Below, one piece after another: positions 53,653-64,000 of a stretch of 64,000 nucleotides of DNA (within the stretch, counting starts at the first letter, position 1; each line of letters opens with the position of its first letter). Origin of the DNA: Eledone cirrhosa. Lineage: Eukaryota. The stretch covers positions 72,416,001 to 72,480,000 of the forward strand of contig OZ024744.1 of assembly GCA_964016885.1 (NCBI GenBank), read 5' to 3'. The notes under the pieces are model-generated. The model was not told where the DNA came from, ran no database searches, and saw only the letters and a list, made by a program, of their open reading frames with translations. Position numbers and translations under genes: made by a program.

Positions 53653-54272
53653 AAAGAAAGAAGAGTAACATGGATCACCTATAACGATAACTTGTTATCC
53701 CATATATATATATATATATAGTAATAATAATAAATTTGAAAACTAAAATCCAAAGAGGGCTCGATAAGGATAAATATATATCAAATATATAAGAACCGTA
53801 GAGCAAATATTTATTAAAATAACAGATTAAAGTTTAAGCAAAGAATCGCTGCTTTCACCCTTAACGGGATCTTCTGAAACTAAAAAAGTCAATCTGTGAA
53901 CGCAGAAGTAAATATTTCAAAAAACGTTGCAACCGGAGGTAGACAGGAAGACGATACTTTGGTTCGTGGAAACGTTCCCTGGCAAAGAACGGGAAAAAAT
54001 GAATATAATACGTCATTATTTGGATCGGTGAAAAACAATTACACGCAAAGACAAAACCACGTTTATGGTATAAAAGAAGTCGTAGACTAATATCCTATTA
54101 GGTGGTTCATAGAGACGTTCTCTGGCAATGAACGGAAAAAACGAAGATAATATATATACACACACACATCTATATATATATATACCAGATTATACATACA
54201 TTTACTACAAGTATGTTCTGAATTTAATATTGTTTTGGGTTTTTTTTTCGCATACAAGATATGTGTGTGTGT

Positions 54273-54343
<71 letters not shown>

Positions 54344-54346
54344 TGC

Positions 54347-54452
<106 letters not shown>

Positions 54453-56214
54453 TGTGTTGTGTGTGTGTATAGATATGTATATATATACACCTAGGACAGA
54501 TATAATAGGACAGGCTATAAGGAAAGGAATACTATAAAAAGACTCCGAGCAATTTCCATTGAGACAACTCAAACTAATTTAAACAGATTAGGAGTAGAAA
54601 TATTCTAATGTTAGGTTTAATCAATACATATAAAATATATATCAATAATTGTTTCTACTCTTGGCACAAGGCCAGCAATTACTCAGTGCATTACTGGTAC
54701 TTTATTTTATCGACCCCGTAAGGATGAAAGGCAAAGTTAACCTCGGCAGGATTTGAACTCAGATCAGAAAGGGGAATGTTTGTCGGTACTAAACTCAATG
54801 AACATCAACCTTTTCAAAAATTCTTCAAAGAGTAGATGACTAGTATTTTTGTACAGTGTGAGATATATATAGTGGTGACCAAACCTTACTGATGATGGAA
54901 ATCGAGGCCTTGGGATGCTTATTACCAAAATCGACAATAGGTTATTAATACTTATTAGTGAGATCGATGGTTTGCGTCCTTTTTTTTTTTTTTTTTTTTA
55001 ATTTCTAGAAACAGATCTGCCTAGGGAGTTAGGTCACTATACTATCTTGAAGTATGTATATCTATTTACATATTACTTGTACTGTATATATGTACAAAAT
55101 ACTATCAGTTTCTCAAATGGTATATCCTGTTATATATCGTTTAGACGTGTTGTATGATTAATGCTCTGAACTAATGGTCATGGATCTTTGTACTGAGAAA
55201 CATTGATTGTTATTTCTGTTTACCTTTTACATACATACTCTTTATATTGTATTAACGATATCAAAATCTCTAATAACAGAAGAGATAATGTTACTGTGGC
55301 CGCCTCTCGTTTCTCTGCAGCAGGATGAAATGGAGCCATCCTTCTTTTCATTGATACCCAAGCAAGTTCAGTAGCTCCACTAAATCTAACACTGTAGTCG
55401 ACTAAATCATCAACTTCCATAAAGCCCAAACGATAAAATAAAGATTTTTTAAACTTGAAGTTTTGAGATTTAGACGTGAGATCAGTTGATATATTTTGTA
55501 TTCTACAGGCATGACAAATAAAATTAATATTTTTAAGCATAACACTATCAGCTGCGAAATGCTGTTTTCTTGTAATTAGCCTTTCATTATATATAATTTG
55601 TGTCAAATTAACTCAAAATAGTGTCCAGTATTTATCACTTATGTTATATAAACATAAAATACTAACAGTGGAGAAAGTCTGCATTCTTGTAATTAGAGTT
55701 TCATTATTTATTTTTTGTGGAAAATGAGATTTAGAGATGAGTGTAAAAACAAAATGTAGGTTACATACGATTCTCGAAGTGATGTAAATGAAATATATTG
55801 TTTAGAAACTTAGAGTGAGACTAATTTATTGTGCCACTTATTAGAGGTTTCTTTCAGAGGATGGCGATATTGTAACTTCCCTGTCTTTTATGGGAACAAC
55901 AGAGAAAAGGGATATTTTTCTAGATGTTAGGAACTTATAACTAGTTTTGCGACACACATATAAATGGAAGGAATTATTAAGGAAAATATCAATCCTATAC
56001 ATGGTCGCTTTACCTGCTAGATATAGTAGCCAAATATCTATCAAATCTCGACCTACTGGTTTATAAAGACACATTTGATATACTTCAGATTCTAGATAAA
56101 TTCCAATAGTGGATTCCGACAAATTGAAGAAATTGAAGAAATTGAAGAAATGTAAAATAGCTTATTCAAATGTATCGTATCTACGTGGGCTTACATATAC
56201 ATGTAAATATATTG

Positions 56215-57890
56215 CTGCCAAGGTAAGTAAGGGATTTCACATACTTCAGTTCCTTGCCATCAACAGTGATGGGAACATGAGGATGCCCGTACCCAGGCTG
56301 TCCTTGCTCAACATCTAATAGTCTGGATTGGTTTACCTTGGGTAATGTACCACTTCAGTCTTTTTAATGCTGATTGTTAAACAAAATGCTTTCTTTACAG
56401 GCAAGCGAGAAGCGGTACATCAATTCTTGTGCCTCTTCGAGGGATGTTGTAACAATTGCCACATCAGCCAACAGTAAACCTCGAATAACACTTGTTCGTG
56501 ATGGTTGAATAACCCACCTGATATACAGAATTCAAATCTGACACCAGTGTATACTGAAGCATTACAAAAAAGAACAAAACGAACAGGAGCCATGACACAA
56601 CCCTGCTTCTTACCGTTTGGGACACTAAAGGGTTCAGAGCATTCACCATTGACATAATTGATGTTGTCATGTTATCATGAAAAGACATGATTGCATTCAG
56701 CATATTGTCAGGTATGCCAAGTCTTTTGAGAATTTTCGAGGGAGCTTTGCGCTTGACAAGTGAAAGGGTTTTGTCAAGTCAACAAAGACCATAAACAGCT
56801 CCTGGTTATTTTCACGAACCTTCTCTGCAACCAAGCGAAGGGGAAAAAATCTTGTCAATAGTATTCCAACCTATGCGGAAACCACATTAGTTTTCAGGGT
56901 AGATATATCATCAACGTGTCTGGGTGTAATTTTGTTGAGAATTACACGAGCAAGTATATTACCAGTAGTACAGGGAAGGGCGATGCCACGAGATTTGTCA
57001 TAGGTATATTTTTACCTTTTGATCTTGATGAGGTGAATTATAGACGCCCCACTGAAGGTTTGGGGGACATGTTCGACCTCCCAAAAGCTTACCAACTTTA
57101 GACCACCATATTTGAAAATTTCAAGTGGGATATCATCTTTACCAGGAGGTTTATTGGATGTCAGTTGCTCGATAGCAGCTTGTACTTCATTTAAGCTCGG
57201 GGTGAATGCTAATTCAGTTACATCTGACCTTTATGGAATAGGCGATATTTTATCTTCATCTACATTTGACTCAAGATTTAGAACCATTTCGAAGTCTTTC
57301 CTCCATCGAGAGAGTATTTCAGCTTTATCTGTGTATAGGATTGTACATTCAGAAGATAGAATTGGATTTGACCTACTCTCCTTTGGACCACACGCTGCCT
57401 TCAGACCATTGTATATATGGCCCTCGAGTCCTTTTTATCGGTAGAAAGTTCCAACCTCCTATCAGTGGAACTCAAAGCAACCACATAAACTTTGGGCAAG
57501 ATAGATGACTTTTGAAGACGCCTTTCTTGGGGAAGATTGAATGAAATCTTACAGCACAGCAATGCATAATTCGAGATTTAGCAAGAAGAGCAAAAAGAAC
57601 GAGTTATTTTTAAATATTTAAGATCACACCTGTGTGTAAAGACATAATCAATCCTGTGCCAATCCTTGGATCTAGGATGTATCCATGTTGTCTTATGGTT
57701 GGCAGGTTGTGGAAGAAACGCTATTAGTGATACTAAGATAAAATTTGAGTTCATAGCTCTGACCATTTGAGTTCATAAGCCCATTTGAGTTCATAGCTCT
57801 GACTTCATTAAAGCCCAAAATGCCATGTCATATTTGTTAGTCATTTCCAACTCTAGCATTGAAATCTCCTATTAGAATGAGCTTGTTTAC
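56215..57890 (-). pseudogene. Decayed RTE-clade LINE (APE endonuclease + RT)
   Basis: LIGDFNARVGND, HKTTWIHPRSKDWHRIDYVF, CGFRIGWNTIDKIF, QELFMVFVDLTK, KQGCVMAP. Confidence 0.85.
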
Positions 57891-58053
57891 ATATTTGAAG
57901 TAGTGTCGATTAAGAGTCGGGATGCAATCGCCTGATCAAACACGAGCTGATCGATATAGAAACAATTCTAATATGCAATAAAGTTTACAAAAAGCTGCAA
58001 TTCTTATTGACACTTTATATATATATTTATATATATATGTGTGCGTGTGTGTG

Positions 58054-58141
<88 letters not shown>

Positions 58142-58374
58142 CGTGTGTATGTGTACAAATTAAACAGAAATAACAAAGTAAACGACACTGTACAGTGAAA
58201 AATATTAGTTTAACGCTTGAAATAATAGGAGAGTCTTAACGTTTTGGACACTAGTCGTTCATCAAAAGATAGAATGAGAAATAAAAGATGAAATAGAAAG
58301 ATATAGAGTGAGAAAAGGAAGGAAAAGAAAACAACATGAGAGTAAAAACACATATGCATATTCTTCAGTCAGCC

Positions 58375-58466
<92 letters not shown>

Positions 58467-58646
58467 GTGTGTGTGTGTGTGTATGTGTGTGTGTTCATGT
58501 GTGTGCTTGTGAGTAACGAATAACTTCTTACAGATAATTTATAAAAAGGATAAAATAGCTATAAGTTTTTAGTAAAGATAATATATATATATATATATAT
58601 ACAATCAAAAACAAATATGCAGACTCTCTCTCTCTCCCTCTCTCTT

Positions 58647-58686
<40 letters not shown>

Positions 58687-58969
58687 TCTCTCTCTCTTTC
58701 TCTCGGTCTCTCCCACTCTATCTTTCGCTCTCTTGCCCTCACCCTATCTCTCTCTCTCTTTCTATTTATCTATCTATCAAAGTATCTCTCACTCATTTTC
58801 TCTCTCTTACACACACATGCACGTTCCGACGAAGACACAACTTCACATATAAACTTGCACGCGCACGCGCAATCGCACAGAGACACTAATACGAGCGCGA
58901 AGGGATGCCGAGAGGCGTGCCCATAGAAAAAAATGACATATAGATATTGCTTGCCTTGTAAAGAAGACA

Positions 58970-59402
58970 TGCACTCACTCACTCACTCACGTATTCACGC
59001 ACTTACTCATTCACTTACTCACCCACTCACTCACAAACATATTCAATCACACACTCACTCACTCACTCACTCATGCACTCACTCACTCATTCACTCATGC
59101 CCTCACTCACTCACTCGTGCATTCACTCACTCACTCACTCACTAACACACTCACTTACTCACTTACTCCTCACTCACTCATTCACTCACTAATTGACTCA
59201 CTCACTCACTTACTCATCATGCACTCACTCACTAATTCACTCACTCACTCATTGCACTCACTCACTCACTCACTCATGCACTCACTCACTCACCCACTCA
59301 TGCACTCACTCACTCACTCATTCATTCATTCATGCCCTCACTCACTCACTCACTCACTCACTCACTCGTGCATTCATTCACTCACTCACTCACTCGTGAA
59401 CT
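58970..59402. repeat. (CACT)n tetranucleotide repeat
   Basis: Direct inspection. Confidence 0.95.
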
Positions 59403-59859
59403 CACACACACACACATACATACACACATATTAAAACATAATCTTTAAGATCGATAGATTTTGTCTGAATTTGTGAAATGAAGAATTACCATTTTCATTA
59501 TCATTTATCTGATTATATATTTCGGTGCCTATGATTAAAACAACTATTTTACAAGGAGATATATATTCAGACTAGTGCTTTTCATCATGGTTGTTTATAG
59601 TCACAATATTTTGGCAGTTGTACTTATTGGCTTTCTTCAACTGCCTGTTGTATTCAGTGATGCTCTCTGAACTTCGAATTTAAACCTTTATTGAAAGCAC
59701 GTGAAAGATATTCTCCTTGTAGTTATCAGTGAATTGTCTTAAAGGACTATTTAGTCAATTGTATCAACTCTTTTACTTGTTTCATTCTGGTGCTATTGTG
59801 TTGGTATATACAGCAGTATGTTTCTTATATTAGTCACACACACACATATACACAAGGTC

Positions 59860-60256
59860 CAAACACAAAGGAACCAAACTCCCACTTTCACCGCCTCCGC
59901 CTCTCCGGCGCTTCCCATCTCTCATTATTGTGAGCAAATGGAGGCCCACGTGCAGGCCGCACCGCGGCCTGCACGTGGATAGAGACAGAATAGAGAAGGC
60001 GTTTCCTCGAAAGATGGTGAGGGAGACACACTGGAAGGGCCATTCTAGCTCGGGTAGCCAATTCTATGCCGATGGTGGTGAGTAGGGAGGTAGCCCTAGG
60101 GCCAAGGACACCAGAAGTCTCCACTGCTACGGGCTAGACAGCAAACCTGTCGGAAAGCTACCGATATTTGGAGAGTTTATCCTCCTCGGCCCGAAGTGCA
60201 GCAGAGCCTGTGTTAGTCGCTGGCTGCACCAGGTTACTGCTGGAGAATGTGTTATC
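59860..60256 (-). mobile_element. CRE-like (RLE) non-LTR retrotransposon 3' fragment
   Basis: AALRAEEDKLSKYR...AVETSGVLGPRATSLLTTIG; paralog of 12217-12505. Confidence 0.7.
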
Positions 60257-60302
60257 AGTTATTTATAATGCTACTGGCTTGTCCCGATTAAACTAGATTA
60301 TA

Positions 60303-60351
<49 letters not shown>

Positions 60352-60709
60352 TACAAAAGAAAATATACTGACAATGGCGAAGCTCCAGCATGGCCTCGTC
60401 TGAAACACGTAATAGAGTAATAGAGTAACATAAGGATCGAATTCATATCCAGCAGGTAGACTGGTGTACTTAACATATAACTAGCGACTATATTGACAAT
60501 GCTGTCGTCCCGTGAAATGGATAACGGAATGCGAACAATCTACCCCTGTGGTAGGAATATCAGGTTCGGTTCAAAATTCCTAGAACATTATTGAAGAAAG
60601 CTGGCAAGTACAACGGCCGAATCGTTGTGATTATAACAACCTAGAACAATCAAGACGAAGAGACTAGAACCAAGAAATCAGTTTACAATTAAGACGTGTG
60701 CGTATATAT

Positions 60710-61175
60710 TATATATGAATGTATGTATGAATGTATGTATCTATGTACGCATGTGTGTATGTATGTATGTGTGTATGCATGTATGTATGTATGTATGTAT
60801 GTATGTATGCATGCATGTGTGTATGTATGTGTGCATGTATGCATGTGTGTAGGTATGTATGTATGTATGCATGCATGTATGTGTGTATGTACGCATGTAT
60901 GTATGTATGTATGTATGTATGTATGTATATATGTGTGTATGTACGCATGTGTGTATGTATGCATGTATGTGTGTATGTATGTGTGTATGCATGCATGCAT
61001 GTGTGTAGGTATGTATGTATGTGTGTATGTATGTGTGTATGTATGCATGTGTGTAGGTAGGTATATGTGTATGCATGTATGTGTGTATGTACGCATGTGT
61101 GTATGTATGTATGTGTGTATCTATGTGTGTATGTATGCATGTGTGCGTGTTGGTATGTATGTATGTATGTGTATA
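60710..61175. repeat. Degenerate (TATG)n repeat
   Basis: Direct inspection. Confidence 0.95.
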
Positions 61176-61226
61176 TGTTGTATATATAATTAATTAATTA
61201 ATATGAAACGAAGTTTATCGAATAGA

Positions 61227-61308
<82 letters not shown>

Positions 61309-61473
61309 TATTGAGGTCGAAGTAGAGTTTGATCCTGTGCGTACAGAAGCAAAACTCAAAAGTAAAAGGAATCTAACTTGATCTTATTAAAAATTATTGA
61401 TCTGTATTAAGTGATACATTTATCATATATAGATACATACACAACACACACACACACACACATTCACACACAC

Positions 61474-61510
<37 letters not shown>

Positions 61511-61830
61511 AAAAAATGGGGAGAAGAATACTGCAGGTTGCACATGGATAACATGTATACATATATACACTTAATAGTTAGCAGTTCAACGTAACCGTAA
61601 ATAAATAAAAGTAAACAAGATAACTTAGTTTCAAGATATTTGAAGAAAGCAATTGTTTTAGGGTCGACGTGGATACAAATAATCAGTAAGGTATGTTCCA
61701 ACAAACTGAAATACTGAAATAAACAGCAATTACAGTAACAACAATAATAATTTGTAATAATTAGGAGAAAATTAAAACAACCATAATAAACAATAGTTGA
61801 CTTTACAAAACCAACTGATTCGTCATTATT

Positions 61831-62022
61831 GGCGGTGGATTGGCAGTATCGGTAGAGGGTCGGACGCCATGCTTTGATGCATAGAGTTACGGCCCTTGCT
61901 ATTCTGAGTTCAAATCCCGCCGAGGTTAACTTTGCCTTTCATCCTTACGGGGTCGATAAAATAAAGTACCAGTAATGCACTGGGTAATTACTGGCCTTGT
62001 GCCAAAAGTAGAAACAATTATT
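61831..62022 (+). mobile_element. SINE family A reference copy (tRNA-derived, ~190 bp)
   Basis: Pol III A-box TGGCAGTATCGG, B-box GAGTTCAAATCC, core GCCTTTCATCCTTACGGGGTCGATAAAATAAAGTACCAG, (ATT)n tail; roughly 25-30 relatives in the window. Confidence 0.92.
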
Positions 62023-62070
62023 TATTATCCACCGTAGTGTCGAGACAGGGCACAACTACTGTTGTGTTAC

Positions 62071-62117
<47 letters not shown>

Positions 62118-62120
62118 TAC

Positions 62121-62217
<97 letters not shown>

Positions 62218-62267
62218 GGAAAAATTGAAACGATATTTCATACATACTTATATATATTTCATACATA

Positions 62268-62344
<77 letters not shown>

Positions 62345-62536
62345 GTATATATGTATATATATATATATATATATAAGTGGTAACACAACAGTTAGTTCAA
62401 CCGTGCCAAGAACAATTGTTTCACCTTAGCGGATCCTCAGTTCCACTTCTACTTAACTCGTCCCATGGACTGAGTGCTCTACCACTACGGATATTACCTT
62501 CCAGTGTTCTACCTCTCTCTCTCTCTCTCTCGCTCG

Positions 62537-62589
<53 letters not shown>

Positions 62590-62647
62590 TATATATATAT
62601 ATAAACATGTGTGTGTGTGATTGTGTGTATATATATATATGCATATA

Positions 62648-62680
<33 letters not shown>

Positions 62681-62741
62681 GCATATATATATATATGCAT
62701 ATATATATATATATATATGCATATGCATATATATATATATA

Positions 62742-62809
<68 letters not shown>

Positions 62810-62813
62810 CATA

Positions 62814-62847
<34 letters not shown>

Positions 62848-63367
62848 TACATGTATACAATATATGTATATATACACAATCACATACACACTCACATATA
62901 TATATATGTATATACACACACATGTGTGTGTGTGTGCATGTATGCATATATATATTTACATGTGCGAGTGTGTTTGTTTGTTATTTTGGGGAGTTTATTT
63001 TCGTTTGTTTAAATAAATAGAAAACATTTAAAGATTAATTAAAATAAATAAATATCCGTCACATATAAAACAATAACAAAATTAAACAAAATATTGCATG
63101 CTCGTTATTGAATGCATATGTTTAAGCACGTAAGCATACACGTGTATGCTTATAATATAAGTAAGTATGTTTTATATATATATATATACATACTTATATT
63201 ATAAGCATATATATATACATACTTATATTATAAGCATATAATATAAGCATTATATATATATATATACACACACACATATATATATATATACATATTTATA
63301 TATGTATATATACAATATATACAAATATATACGCACATATATATGCATACATATTCACATATATATG

Positions 63368-63450
<83 letters not shown>

Positions 63451-63596
63451 TTATATATACAAATATATATGTACATGTTATATATACATATATGCAAATA
63501 TATATGCACATGTTATATATACATATATGCATACATATTCACATATATACGTATATATATGTGTGTATATGTATGTATATATATACATACATATGC

Positions 63597-63627
<31 letters not shown>

Positions 63628-63800
63628 TACATACATATATACATATATACATATTACATATATACATACGTACATACGTACTAATATACATGCATAGATA
63701 CATACATACATAGATGTGCTAAGAGAAAGTGAAATTCAACTGGTGAGGGAAAAATGAAAGAAAATGAAAAAAAATAACGTATGTGGTGTAGTGGCTGCAA

Positions 63801-63894
<94 letters not shown>

Positions 63895-64000
63895 TGTGAG
63901 ATTGGGTAAAATCATATATAGTAAGATATTTTCAATTGGAGATCAGTTAATGAGAAGGAAAGGGATCCAGTAAAGAAAGAAAGAGAGAGAGAGAGAGAGA

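Noticed and set aside
54882-54943. AACCTTA-CTGATGA-TGG...CCA-AAA-TCGA..TAGGTT
   Set aside because: Stems I and II are plausible but G12 and the UH site are missing; probably a dead HHR, so not counted
60370-60420. CTGACAA...CTGAAACACGTA as an HHR
   Set aside because: Core is non-canonical and the sequence matches the SINE family B tail

Overview
AT-rich, microsatellite-saturated eukaryotic DNA. The repeat families resemble those of octopod cephalopods (inference from recall). I found no intact host gene. The window is a mosaic of about 25-30 copies of one tRNA-derived SINE, other SINE remnants, decayed LINEs (L1/Tx1, R4/Dong, RTE, CR1-like, CRE-like), a few MITE-like DNA elements and long simple repeats. 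Almost all listed ORFs are microsatellite artefacts. The main hidden signal is at least 13 hand-folded type I minimal hammerhead ribozyme (HHR) motifs (stem I - CUGANGA - stem II - GAAA - short, mostly palindromic stem III - UH - stem I). They sit in short non-coding modules that run 3' into (TA)n or (CA)n/(TA)n tracts, often within long inverted repeats. This matches Penelope-like element pseudo-LTR or retrozyme remnants. Four sequence-divergent HHR variants share a C-C mismatch at stem II position 4 and a cleavage site about 50-56 nt from the (TA)n tract. All structures were folded by eye and activity is untested.
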